DNA of 64,000 bases, taken from an uncultured Veillonellaceae bacterium. Its GTDB lineage: Bacteria > Bacillota > Negativicutes > JARBTT01. A program made the translations under genes and the position numbers. Of the stretch, positions 20,318 to 30,444 are shown piece by piece (the first letter of the stretch is position 1; each line of letters starts with the position of its first letter). The notes beneath the pieces were generated by a model. That model was given only the letters and a program-made list of their open reading frames with translations. It was not told the DNA's origin and made no database searches. The stretch covers positions 1,920,001 through 1,984,000 of the forward strand of contig CAWDTA010000002.1 of NCBI GenBank assembly GCA_963805085.1. The letters are read 5' to 3'.

Positions 20318-23300
20318 ATGATAATGCAAATGACGAAGAATAAAGCGAAAATATTTAGAAAAAAAGTGATTGCCCTACTCACAGCAATCACTTTTACATT
20401 GCAGCCCATGCTGGTATCAGCGGAAGTAATCATCGATAAAAATGCCAGTCCAAATCAGCCGACAGTGCAAACTGCGTCCAATGGTGTACCAATTGTAGAT
20501 ATTGCCACGCCTTCTAACGCAGGGATATCTCACAACTACTATCAACAATTCAATGTCGATAAAATTGGCCTTATTTTTAATAATTCCCAAGGCATAAGTA
20601 AAACCCAGCTAGCTGGCTATATCCTAGGAAACCCAAACTTAGCAAACGGAACGGCTAGGATTATCTTAAATGAAGTAACCAGTACCAATCCCAGCTATTT
20701 AAAAGGGTACAGTGAAGTTGCAGGAAGCAATGCCGAAATCATCATCGCCAACCCCAATGGTATTTATGGAGACGGTTTTGGCTTTATCAATGCAAATCGA
20801 GCAATCCTTACAACTGGAAAACCTATCTTTGGCGGTGATGGCAGCTTAGAAGCCTTCAACGTAAATAGGGGTCAAATACAGATTCAAGGAGCTGGTTTAG
20901 ATGCCAGACAAACCGATCAAGTAGACCTGTTAAGTAAAGCAATTGAAGTCAATGCAGGTATTTGGGCAAAAAATCTCAATGTAATCGCAGGTAGCAATAC
21001 AATTGACCATAACACATTAGCTACGCAAAAAATAGAAACTGATCAGCCGCAAGAGCTAGTCGCTGTTGATGTAGGCGCACTAGGCGGTATGTATGCCAAT
21101 AAAATTAAGCTTATTGGTACAGAAACAGGTGTAGGTGTAAATCTTGGTGGAGATCTTTTAGCACAAAATAATATAGAAGTCAGCTCAGACGGTAACATAA
21201 AGTTACTAGGGAATACCTCTGCTAAAGGAGATATCAACTTAGCTGCCCAAAATGATATTGCGATAAGTGGAATAGTGAGTGCCGAGAAGAATATCAATTT
21301 GAGCAGTCAAGGACAAATCAATAATACTAGTAACCTGATTGCAGGAGAAAACAATACAATTGTAGCAAAATCTCTAATTTCCACTGGTAATATTGGTGCT
21401 GGAATTAGCAGTGATAATACACTAAAAGAAACTGGAAATCTTTCCATTTCCACAGTAGAAACCACTACTTTGCATGGCAATAATATAGCAGGGGGCAATC
21501 TATCCGTGCAAGGTGCCGCAATTGACCTGTCAGGAGCCACGACCACCGCTGGCGGCAATGTCAGTCTCACTGCAACTGCAGGCGATATTAACAATACTGG
21601 AGCTACTTTGCAAACCGATGGGGAGCTGTCAATAAAGGCTGCCCAAACTATAAAAAATGACAAAAATACAAATGGTACTGCTGGGCAAATTACGGCAAAT
21701 GCAGTTAACATTACGGCACAAAACATTAGTAACCGTGGCGGAAGTATGCAGCAGTCTGGTACAGGCGAAACTACTTTGACGGCTGCGAATAGTATAGATA
21801 ATACTGGTGGTATAATTGAAACCAATGGTTCGACTTTAAATATAAATAGTGATTCTATAGACAATACACAAGGGCAAATCCTTTACGCTGGTAGTGGAAA
21901 ACTCACAATGAACACTACAAACGGGATAATAAACAATAGCGGTAAAATAACGACAAATGGGCAATTAGACGTAATTGCTACGAATATAACCAATACAGGC
22001 GGTTCCATCACTACCCAGCAGGATATGAATATAAATAGCACAAGCGTAGTCAATGACCAGGGAACGGTGGTTGCTGGCGGGGCTATTAATGTCAATACCC
22101 AAAGCTTGAGCAATCAACAAGGCGCAGTCCAAGCAGGCAAAAGCCTTACCGTTACTGCACGGAGCATTGCTAACCAGAATGGTAGCATTACCAGTCTGGA
22201 TAATAGTGGACTGGCTATGAATGCGTTGCAAACCATTGATAATACCGCGGGTACGATCGGCGGTAATGGGGATGTGAAATTGACAGCATCTTCGCTCGTG
22301 AATAGCGCAGGCAAGGTACTTGCGAAAAAAGATATCAATGCAAATATTTCAGATAGCCTAGATAATACCAATGGTAAGATTACGGCTGAACAGGATGTCA
22401 ATATTGGAAAAACAGCAGCAACCTCTGTGATAAAAACTTCGCAGGGCAGCATGAGCGCAGGGAATAATCTCTTAGTAAATGCAGCTTCGTTTAATATTGC
22501 TGGCGGCAAATTGGTGGCGAATCGCGATATTAATTTAACAGGTAATAATTTAGTTGGCGCAGGTGTCATCACATCCGGACAGGATATCAACTTCAACCTG
22601 AATGGAGATTTTACATATTCATCTGGAATGAACTTCACCGCCAACCGAGATTTGAATTTTAATGTAGCAAATCTAACGAACTACAGCAAACTGTCTGCTG
22701 TACGCAATCTCAAGGTTTCGGCAACCAATGTTACCAATGGCACTGGTGCTACACTGCAAGGTGGAACAGGGCTAACTATTAGCGCTGCTGGTGATTTAAC
22801 TAACAGTGGTACGGTGCAGAGCAGTGATGTTAATCTATCCGGTAATACGATCACCAATACCGGTGCAGTCTTTGGGGATACGTTGACCGTCACAGCAGAT
22901 ACTGTGCAAAATAACGGTGATAAAGCGGTCATTGCAGCAACAAAAGAAGCGAATTTTTATGCGAAGACATCACTGGAAAATAAAGATGGTGCTTCGATTT
23001 ATAGCAGTGGCAATATAAATATTGCTGGTAGCTCAAAGAAGGATAACAATGGCGAATATGTAGATAAAACCAATACAGTGTTAAATCAATCTGCGACTAT
23101 AGAAGCAGAAAAAGATATCAATATAAGTGCAAATACGTTGACGAATAAGAAACGAGAATTTACTACAGAGCAGCAAGTTGTATCGGATGAGATATATATT
23201 ACTCCAGATGATCATGGTAAAATAGGTTTTTGGCCTAGTACTGGTATAATTTTTAAAAATAGGAATGATGAATATAGTAAGTATATGGTATCAGGATCGT

Positions 23301-26300
23301 TATGGAAAAAGCAAATTGGGACAGGTACTAGTAATCGTGGACAGAGTAGTCCTATAAGTTATCCAATATATGGATATGGGGCAACGTTTCTCGTAGGACA
23401 AACAATAACAGAAACAAAAATTACCAAGGACTCCCCGGAAGGGAAAATTATCTCTGCTCATAACATAAAACTACAAACTGATACTATAACCAATGATAAT
23501 AGTTCAATTTTAGCTGGTGGTAGTCTTAATGCAGTGGGAACGGTTAATAATACAGCAACAGGATATACTCGTGTTACTACGCAGCATTTTGCAGATTTAA
23601 TCAATTATACTGACAAAGGATATAAGAAAAAGACCTATGATGAAAACGCTTATGCACAACTTCCAGGACAAACAGCTATCTTCAGTGGCGGTCAAGCAGT
23701 TAACATCCAAGGGACAAATATTAATAATATCACTACTTCTCCGGTAAATACCCCGACAATTAACAGCAGTGTTCCGATTGAAAATACCCAAACATTGCTG
23801 CCAGTAGCCAAGGATACGAATACGACTTCGGCTAAACAGACGGTTGCTACTCAAATTACACTTCCATCAAATGCGATGTTTAAAATCAATACGGAACCAA
23901 GTGCGCATTATTTGGTAGAAACCGATTCCCGATTTACCAACTATGGAAACTTTGTTTCCAGCGATTATATGCTGGAAAAATTGAATATTGATCCAGCTAA
24001 GACAGCAAAACGTCTAGGTGATGGCTTTTATGAACAAAAATTGGTGCGTGAACAAGTCACCGAACTTACTGGACGATATACATTAAGCGGCTACTCTTCG
24101 GCAGAAGAACAATATAAGGCGCTACTAACCAATGGTGTAACCTATGCAAAAGAGTTCAATCTACAGGTAGGCGTAGCCTTAACTGCCGATCAGATGGCAA
24201 ACCTGACCTCGGATATTGTGTGGCTGATAGAAAAAGAAGTAAATGGGCAGAAGGTACTCGTGCCTCAAGTGTATCTCGCTCCTTCAAAAAATATTGAGCT
24301 TAAGGCTAATGGTGCAGTGATTGCGGCAGATAATGTACAGATTACTGCCAGTGGCGACGTCAAGAATGCTGGGGCGATTAAAGCTACTGAAAGTGTAAAT
24401 ATACAAGCCGTAAATATCGCTAACTATGGCGGCAACATTGATGGCGGCAAGAGCACACAGCTAACTGCGGATAAAAATATCCTTAATATTGGTGGTTCTA
24501 TCAATGGTGATCAGACCCAGGTAACAGCGGGTGGGGATGTTAAAAATGAAACCATATCCTCTACCAGAACTTTACCGTTTATGACACAAACAACCGCTGG
24601 TAATACTGCAAGTATCAATGCAAGAGAGAATCTGACTATTAAAGCAGGGCAAGATATTTCTAACACTGGAGCGCAGATCACTGCGGGAAAAGATGTCACC
24701 ATCACCGCAGATGGAAACTTTACATCTGATAGTGTAAAAGAACAAGAACGCATTTCATTTGAAAAATCATCCTACCTAGACGATAACGTGAACAATGTAG
24801 TTAGTGGTATTCATGGAGGTAACAATGTAAGTATTACTTCTGGGAAAGATACCAATTTACAGGGAGCACAGATTACAGCTGATCATGATCTGACTGTAGC
24901 AGCTGGCGGCAATGTTAATGTCTCTGCGGTGAAAGATGAAGATCATTTTGCTGAAAAGTCATCTAATAGGTTATCTAAAGTAAAATCTTCCTCCAAAGAT
25001 GATGTAAGTAATATCGTAAGCCATATGCAAGGAGGTAACAATGTAAGTATTACCTCGGGTAAAGATACAAATTTACAAGGAGCGCAGGTTACAGCAGGTA
25101 CTGACCTTACTGTGTTGGCCGGTGGTAATATCAATATTTCCGCTGTGAAAGACGAGACAATTTCTGATGAAACAGTTGGAATCAGTCATGGCTGGAAGAG
25201 AACCAGAACGGATGATGAGACCGTTATTGGCAGTACTCTCCAAGGTGGCGGAGCAGTCACAGTGAAGACTACCTCAAAACTTCCCGATGGAACTACGATA
25301 CCTGATGCTGAAAATCGCGGGAATATTACCATTGCAGGCAGTACCATCGAAAGTGATAAGAGTAAGGTAACCATTACAGCAGAGAAAGATCTTACGATAC
25401 AAGAAGTCACAGAAAAACATGAATCCCTAGTACAGACGCATACCAAACATAAGGGAGCTTTTTCTAGTAAGACTACTGATACAATGGATCATTCGTTGAT
25501 TAACGAGGTGAAAGGCAGCACTATCTCTGGCGATGAGGTAGCTGTCTCCTCTGGTAAAGACTTGACAGTGAAAGGCAGTAATGTTGTTGGAACAAAGGAT
25601 GTAACACTTACTGCTTCCGATGATGTCAACATTACCAGTGCCAAAGAAACAGGCAATGATGAACACTATTCCTATACAAAAAAATCTGGTCTTTTCAGCG
25701 GTGGCGGGCTAGGCTTTACCATAGGAACGCAAAGTACGAAAACAACAACCGATGAAAAAACATTAGATCAAGTTGGCAGTACGGTTGGTTCGATTGATGG
25801 AAATGTAACTGTCACTGCTGGTAATAAGGCAAATAGTGCGGGTACGGCATTTGTTACTGGTGAAGATTTAAACATTAAAGGTAAAGACGTTACCATTGAT
25901 AACACGATCAATACGGTTGATAGTCAGACCAAATACGAATTCAAACAAACAGGACTTAGCGTATCCTTAGGTGGCGGTGTTGTCGATACTGGAAAGAGCG
26001 CCTTAAACAATATTGATCGTGCAGGTGAAGTAAAAGACGAACGGCTTAAAACGCTTCACGAATATCAAGCTTATAAAGATATTGAAAAAATCAAAGATGC
26101 CAAGGGAAACTTGAACTCAGGCGTTGCTGTTAGCGTCAGCATCGGCAGCACGAAAATATCATCTGAACAGACTGAGCATGTAGAGACTGTCAATACCTCT
26201 GACATTAGTGCAGGTGGCAATGTAAAAATTAAAGCCACTGACGGCGACTTGAACCTGAAAGGAACGAAAATTGATGCGGTAGATATCACCCTAGATGCGA

Positions 26301-27892
26301 AAAAAGATCTCAATATTGAAGCGGCAGAGAACAAACAGCAGACGACGAGTCATACAAGTTCCTCTTCCTGGTCAGTAGGAGGTTCAGTTGGATTAGCCAA
26401 CAAAGGTGTTAGTTACTTTGGACAGTTTAATTCTGCGAAGGGCAATGAAAATGGAGATGCTACCACGAATACGGAAAGCGTAATTAATGCGAGTGGTACC
26501 TTGACAATGAATTCGGGTAAGGACACTAACATTGATGGTTCTCAGGTAAAAGGAGACAAAATAGTAGCTGATATCAAAGGTGACCTGAACATAGCCAGCA
26601 AGCAGGATACAGATAACTATACAGAGAATAACAAAAGTACAGGATTTGGATTTAGTACTGAGAAAGTAGGAGGAAAACCTCTAGAACCTGGTCAGCAGGG
26701 GCCGATCAATAAAACCACGACGACTACAAACGTAACTGGCTCTTCTAGTAAAGGAGAAACCGATTCTACGTATGCCAGTGTAACAGATCAAGCAGGTATC
26801 TTTGCAGGTAAGGACGGATTTGATATCAATGTAGGCAAAAATACCGATCTAAAAGGTGCGGTCATTTCGAGTGATGCTACGCCAGATAAGAATAAGATCA
26901 GCACAGATACGCTAACTTTCTCCAATATGGAAAACAGGGCGAAATATAACTCAAGTAATACGGGGCGAAGTTATAACACAGATCCTAAGGCTAAATTAAA
27001 TGAACAGGGATTTATTCCTACTGCTAGTATGCCTGTATCTGGCGATGCCAGTAGTACAACGAAGTCCGCAATTTCACTAGGTAAGATTGAGGTGAAGAGT
27101 AATCCAAATCAAGATATTAGCGGACTTAGTAGAGATACTACCAATTCATTGAACGCATTAGGAAAAATATTTGACAAACAAACGGTTAAAGAACGACAGG
27201 AATTAGCAGGTTTATTTGGTCAAGTGGCATTTGAAGAAATTCATAAGTTAAGTGTAAAGAATGGGTGGAAAGATGGAGATCCTCAAAAAGTAGCACTCCA
27301 TGCTCTAGTTGGTGGAATAATGTCTGAGCTTACTGGAAGTGGGTTTATAGCTGGTGCTGAAGGTGCAGGCTTCAATGAACTTGTACAGAAGGAATTGTCG
27401 AAGATCACAGATCCTGCACTCCGTCAGTGGGCTAGTTATATTATAGGATCAGCTACTGGTACAACAGGTCGCATTGTTGCGTTATATGGAACGAAGTATA
27501 ATGATCTTGCTAGTTTAGCATTAGAGATACCAGGAGTGAAAGCGCTTTTAGCGGCAGCAGGAATTGTAATTGTTATAGATGCTGGAGTGCAAGTTTTAAA
27601 GAATGAAGCAGGAGAAGTGATAGCTAGTTGGTCTCCAACAGTAGGTGGCTGGATAGATAGTGCGGGAGATACCATAGATGATTTGGTTTATTGGGCAAAA
27701 CAGTCAGGAAAAGAAAAAGCTAATGATGTTCCATCATGGGCAAAAGGAAATCAGCCAACTGAAGAAGAAAGTGGCAAGGACTTTGCAAAACGTTTAATGG
27801 ATGAAAAGTACGGTGAGGGTAATTATGATAAGGGACCAGGATCTGAATATAATAAAATTAGAAAATGGGGAGATAGAGGGTTTAATAAGTAA
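20318..27892 (+). CDS. CdiA-like filamentous haemagglutinin exoprotein with C-terminal toxin domain
   Basis: Signal peptide, TPS domain (NNS..NPNL..IILNEV..ANPNGI), FHA-1 repeats, YLVETD/RLGDGFYEQKLV/LVPQVYL region, FHA-2 repeats, YGTKYN pre-toxin-like motif and a distinct C-terminus. Confidence 0.92.
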   Translation: MIMQMTKNKAKIFRKKVIALLTAITFTLQPMLVSAEVIIDKNASPNQPTVQTASNGVPIVDIATPSNAGISHNYYQQFNVDKIGLIFNNSQGISKTQLAGYILGNPNLANGTARIILNEVTSTNPSYLKGYSEVAGSNAEIIIANPNGIYGDGFGFINANRAILTTGKPIFGGDGSLEAFNVNRGQIQIQGAGLDARQTDQVDLLSKAIEVNAGIWAKNLNVIAGSNTIDHNTLATQKIETDQPQELVAVDVGALGGMYANKIKLIGTETGVGVNLGGDLLAQNNIEVSSDGNIKLLGNTSAKGDINLAAQNDIAISGIVSAEKNINLSSQGQINNTSNLIAGENNTIVAKSLISTGNIGAGISSDNTLKETGNLSISTVETTTLHGNNIAGGNLSVQGAAIDLSGATTTAGGNVSLTATAGDINNTGATLQTDGELSIKAAQTIKNDKNTNGTAGQITANAVNITAQNISNRGGSMQQSGTGETTLTAANSIDNTGGIIETNGSTLNINSDSIDNTQGQILYAGSGKLTMNTTNGIINNSGKITTNGQLDVIATNITNTGGSITTQQDMNINSTSVVNDQGTVVAGGAINVNTQSLSNQQGAVQAGKSLTVTARSIANQNGSITSLDNSGLAMNALQTIDNTAGTIGGNGDVKLTASSLVNSAGKVLAKKDINANISDSLDNTNGKITAEQDVNIGKTAATSVIKTSQGSMSAGNNLLVNAASFNIAGGKLVANRDINLTGNNLVGAGVITSGQDINFNLNGDFTYSSGMNFTANRDLNFNVANLTNYSKLSAVRNLKVSATNVTNGTGATLQGGTGLTISAAGDLTNSGTVQSSDVNLSGNTITNTGAVFGDTLTVTADTVQNNGDKAVIAATKEANFYAKTSLENKDGASIYSSGNINIAGSSKKDNNGEYVDKTNTVLNQSATIEAEKDINISANTLTNKKREFTTEQQVVSDEIYITPDDHGKIGFWPSTGIIFKNRNDEYSKYMVSGSLWKKQIGTGTSNRGQSSPISYPIYGYGATFLVGQTITETKITKDSPEGKIISAHNIKLQTDTITNDNSSILAGGSLNAVGTVNNTATGYTRVTTQHFADLINYTDKGYKKKTYDENAYAQLPGQTAIFSGGQAVNIQGTNINNITTSPVNTPTINSSVPIENTQTLLPVAKDTNTTSAKQTVATQITLPSNAMFKINTEPSAHYLVETDSRFTNYGNFVSSDYMLEKLNIDPAKTAKRLGDGFYEQKLVREQVTELTGRYTLSGYSSAEEQYKALLTNGVTYAKEFNLQVGVALTADQMANLTSDIVWLIEKEVNGQKVLVPQVYLAPSKNIELKANGAVIAADNVQITASGDVKNAGAIKATESVNIQAVNIANYGGNIDGGKSTQLTADKNILNIGGSINGDQTQVTAGGDVKNETISSTRTLPFMTQTTAGNTASINARENLTIKAGQDISNTGAQITAGKDVTITADGNFTSDSVKEQERISFEKSSYLDDNVNNVVSGIHGGNNVSITSGKDTNLQGAQITADHDLTVAAGGNVNVSAVKDEDHFAEKSSNRLSKVKSSSKDDVSNIVSHMQGGNNVSITSGKDTNLQGAQVTAGTDLTVLAGGNINISAVKDETISDETVGISHGWKRTRTDDETVIGSTLQGGGAVTVKTTSKLPDGTTIPDAENRGNITIAGSTIESDKSKVTITAEKDLTIQEVTEKHESLVQTHTKHKGAFSSKTTDTMDHSLINEVKGSTISGDEVAVSSGKDLTVKGSNVVGTKDVTLTASDDVNITSAKETGNDEHYSYTKKSGLFSGGGLGFTIGTQSTKTTTDEKTLDQVGSTVGSIDGNVTVTAGNKANSAGTAFVTGEDLNIKGKDVTIDNTINTVDSQTKYEFKQTGLSVSLGGGVVDTGKSALNNIDRAGEVKDERLKTLHEYQAYKDIEKIKDAKGNLNSGVAVSVSIGSTKISSEQTEHVETVNTSDISAGGNVKIKATDGDLNLKGTKIDAVDITLDAKKDLNIEAAENKQQTTSHTSSSSWSVGGSVGLANKGVSYFGQFNSAKGNENGDATTNTESVINASGTLTMNSGKDTNIDGSQVKGDKIVADIKGDLNIASKQDTDNYTENNKSTGFGFSTEKVGGKPLEPGQQGPINKTTTTTNVTGSSSKGETDSTYASVTDQAGIFAGKDGFDINVGKNTDLKGAVISSDATPDKNKISTDTLTFSNMENRAKYNSSNTGRSYNTDPKAKLNEQGFIPTASMPVSGDASSTTKSAISLGKIEVKSNPNQDISGLSRDTTNSLNALGKIFDKQTVKERQELAGLFGQVAFEEIHKLSVKNGWKDGDPQKVALHALVGGIMSELTGSGFIAGAEGAGFNELVQKELSKITDPALRQWASYIIGSATGTTGRIVALYGTKYNDLASLALEIPGVKALLAAAGIVIVIDAGVQVLKNEAGEVIASWSPTVGGWIDSAGDTIDDLVYWAKQSGKEKANDVPSWAKGNQPTEEESGKDFAKRLMDEKYGEGNYDKGPGSEYNKIRKWGDRGFNK

Positions 27893-27907
27893 ATGGAGGT
27901 TTTTGAT

Positions 27908-28144
27908 ATGGGAGTAGTATATATTCTTCAACATAGTTATGAAGTGGGGGAAGATGGACAATTTGATGAGATAAAAATGATAGGAGTTTATTCTTCCAGA
28001 GAAAATGCAGAAAAAACAATAGCTCGTTATAAAATGCTTTCAGGTTTTAAAGATTATCCTACAAGTTGCTTTTATATTAGTAAATATGAAATAGATAAAG
28101 ATCATTGGACAGATGGTTTTATTAAACCTGATGAAGCATTATAG
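27908..28144 (+). CDS. Putative cognate immunity protein (CdiI-like)
   Basis: Small acidic ORF immediately after the toxin stop, GGAGG RBS, followed by a terminator. Confidence 0.8.
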   Translation: MGVVYILQHSYEVGEDGQFDEIKMIGVYSSRENAEKTIARYKMLSGFKDYPTSCFYISKYEIDKDHWTDGFIKPDEAL

Positions 28145-28170
28145 ATTTGAGTTGTAAGAAGTGATAAAAT

Positions 28171-28210
28171 AAGCGAGGTCAGTGGACGTAAAAATCCGCT
28201 AACCTCGCTT
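28171..28210. terminator. Terminator between immunity gene and Zn microprotein
   Basis: aagcgaggtcagtgga...tccgctaacctcgctt; the paralogous copy at 30819 shows a compensatory stem change. Confidence 0.75.
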
Positions 28211-28310
28211 GTTTCTTATAGTGTCTTCTAGTGACACCTAATTCATAGGTAATAAATTCCTATTAACAATACCATTTCAATTAATCTAGAAAGTCTGAGT
28301 AACTCTGAAT

Positions 28311-28478
28311 TTAAAACGATTTCGACTCATTACCTCCACAAAACGGACAACTACCCCCATATCCATTACCAGAGCAATTAGAACAATAAGTACCACCACA
28401 TTCTTTGCATTTCATCAAAGAACCCATACAAGGTGCATCACTACCACAATTCGGACATTTTCTCACAGTATCATACAT
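28311..28478 (-). CDS. 55-aa Cys-rich zinc-ribbon microprotein (4 CxxC), copy 1
   Basis: MYDTVRKCPNCGSDAPCMGSLMKCKECGGTYCSNCSGNGYGGSCPFCGGNESKSF; AAAGGAGG RBS; the four differences from copy 2 are all synonymous; below the ORF-track cutoff. Confidence 0.85.
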   Translation of the reverse strand: MYDTVRKCPNCGSDAPCMGSLMKCKECGGTYCSNCSGNGYGGSCPFCGGNESKSF

Positions 28479-28585
28479 ATCAATAAAACCTCCTTTTTAA
28501 TAAGAATAATTCTAATATATCAAGTATTGTTGTAAACGAAAACGTTAAAATTGATGTTGAATAAAATATCATCAATCTAGTTATA

Positions 28586-28612
28586 GACAGAAGGGACGTT
28601 CCTTTTTTGACA
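28586..28612 (-). repeat. REP-like motif upstream of RAYT copy 1
   Basis: gacagaagggacgttccttttttgaca, inverted relative to 29386-29414. Confidence 0.8.
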
Positions 28613-28647
28613 ACAAGATGATATACTCGTTGTAAGAGGTGATAAAA

Positions 28648-29388
28648 ATGTCGAGAGAAGCAAGAAAATTAAGTAAAAGTGGATTTTATCATATAGTATT
28701 TCGAGGAATCAATCATCAAAATATCTTTGAAGAAGAACAAGATTTTGAATATATGCTAGAGATATTCAAAAAATTAAAACAAGAAATGCAGTTTGAAATA
28801 CATGCATATTGCTTAATGACAAATCACGTACATATTTTATTAAAAGAAAGTCAAACAGGAGACATATCAACAATATTAAAAAGGTTACTAACAAAATATG
28901 TAATGAAATTTAATAAAAAATATCAAAGAAGCGGAGCTTTGATAGGAAGTAGATATAAAAGTAAAGTGGTAGAAGTAGACGAATACTTTATTCCATTGAT
29001 AGTATATATTCATCAAAACCCATTAAGAGCAGGAATCGTAAAAAAGCTAGAAAACTATAGATATAGTAGTTACTGTGAATATATAGGGAAAAGAAAATTT
29101 GTCGATGTAAAATTATCCTTAGAAATGTTAGGGAAAAAAGAATGGGTTAAAGCACATCAGCAATTGGTAGAAAATAAATTTCAAGTAGAAGGTCGTAAAA
29201 AGCTAAGTGAAGAAGAAATTCGGCAGAAAATCCTAAAAGATACGAATAATATAGAACCGCAAGGAATAGGAACACTCGAAAAAACAGAAAGAGATAGAAT
29301 ACTACAAAAGTTAAAAAACTCGGGATTATCAATAAGAGAAATAGAACGAGCAACAGGGATATCAAGAGGGATTGTAGCTAAAAGTTGA
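28648..29388 (+). CDS. REP-associated tyrosine transposase (RAYT, HUH Y1) with C-terminal HTH, copy 1
   Basis: YHIVFRG, AYCLMTNHVH (HUH), YIHQNP (catalytic Tyr), YRYSSY, terminal HTH (GLSIREIERATGISRG). Confidence 0.9.
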   Translation: MSREARKLSKSGFYHIVFRGINHQNIFEEEQDFEYMLEIFKKLKQEMQFEIHAYCLMTNHVHILLKESQTGDISTILKRLLTKYVMKFNKKYQRSGALIGSRYKSKVVEVDEYFIPLIVYIHQNPLRAGIVKKLENYRYSSYCEYIGKRKFVDVKLSLEMLGKKEWVKAHQQLVENKFQVEGRKKLSEEEIRQKILKDTNNIEPQGIGTLEKTERDRILQKLKNSGLSIREIERATGISRGIVAKS

Positions 29389-29414
29389 CGAAAAAGGAAC
29401 GTCCCCTAGTGTCC
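29386..29414 (+). repeat. REP-like motif downstream of RAYT copy 1
   Basis: tgacgaaaaaggaacgtcccctagtgtcc overlapping the RAYT stop codon. Confidence 0.8.
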
Positions 29415-30083
29415 TCAAATGTGTTCAATTAGTGCTGCCATCGGCATGTTAGCGATATCTTCGGTAGAAAGAAAATCAGTTAAAACCGAAGAAGCGGCAG
29501 CGCCATAGTTATTAGAAAAGGGCTGCTTATCATCGTCGAGAATAGAAAACTCACTAAATTTAAGAAAGATGTTTGAAAGCATATAGGTTTTCTCACGAGT
29601 AAGAGAACGAGCTATATGTAATCGATGGCGAGTTAGACGCTGCAAAGCTAAAAATTGACTGCCGCGCCAAGAAGCAGAGGTAATTCTGCCAACTCTAGCA
29701 AAATCAGCGATAATAAAAGAATCAATTGCATCAGTTTTGCCTAGACCGATATAAGACTTTTTGTAATTGGCAACCATCTTGGGATTTATACAGTAAACAT
29801 GAGTGTCAAATGGCATCAATAATTCACAGGAAGATAAGTAGTTAGCTATGTGAATACCATAGAAAGATGTAGATTCTAAGGCAACAACCAGCTTATTAAG
29901 ATCATGATTTTCAGAAAAAAAATCATGAAACTTTTTAGCCATTTCAACTGCACCTGGTTGATTATTGGGCACAGTAAATCGCAACAGTTTTTGCTCTTCA
30001 AAATCAATAGCGCAAACGACATTTTCGCGGGAACTTATGTCAATTCCCACAAACAAAGTAGAAAGAAGATCCGCCTTCTTCAT
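29415..30083 (-). pseudogene. IS110 DEDD recombinase, C-terminally truncated (222 aa)
   Basis: FVGIDIS, ALESTSFY, INP and KTDAIDS RuvC-like DEDD motifs; lacks the C-terminal catalytic-Ser Tnp domain. Confidence 0.88.
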
Positions 30084-30127
30084 AGAAATGTCACCACCTT
30101 TCTGGCTGAGAATAAGAAAGATAGAAA

Positions 30128-30360
30128 AGGAATACCCTGATCTTATTCACTGACCGCAGCCTCGCATAATAAGCATTCATCTGTGAAAGTAAATTTGCTG
30201 GAAAGCTTTCGCCAAGAGACGCAACATCTGTGTAAGCGGTATTTGATGAATAAGGCAGGCGTCAAGCTTTAAAAGCAATAACCAAAAGGTTTCGCAAGGA
30301 GGATAAGACGTTACCTTTGCTAAAATCTCTTAGAAATATTTTAGCATCAAGGGATTCCTT
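30128..30360 (-). ncRNA. Candidate IS110 bridge RNA
   Basis: Closing stem ggaataccctgat / atcaagggattcc; 30160-30173 is a 13/14 reverse complement of the IS end 30420-30433; 30297-30303 equals the flanking target AGGAGGA at 30431-30437. Confidence 0.65.
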
Positions 30361-30444
30361 TAAGCATTAAAAAATAAAAAATAAGTTTTGTAAACAATGG
30401 CGGATTATTGTTTACAAAACTTATTATACGAGGAGGAATAATAA

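Larger units (their letters stand above)
28174..29414 (+). repeat. ~1.24-kb direct repeat unit copy 1 (terminator, Zn microprotein, REP, RAYT, REP)
   Basis: Matches 30822-32062 (offset 2648); first ~190 bp diverged, remainder identical by eye. Confidence 0.93.
29415..30433 (-). mobile_element. Truncated IS110-family element (left end, non-coding region and N-terminal part of recombinase)
   Basis: DEDD recombinase ORF plus ~350-nt upstream non-coding region ending at a TATAAT-containing end fused to the next gene's RBS; right half lost at the REP motif. Confidence 0.85.

Noticed and set aside
21043-27675. Numerous minus-strand ORFs inside cdiA
   Set aside because: Antisense shadows caused by repeat codon bias; no RBS or recognisable domains.
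28648-29388. IS200/IS605 TnpA with TnpB
   Set aside because: No tnpB; length, YIHQNP/YSSY motifs, C-terminal HTH and flanking inverted motifs fit RAYT.
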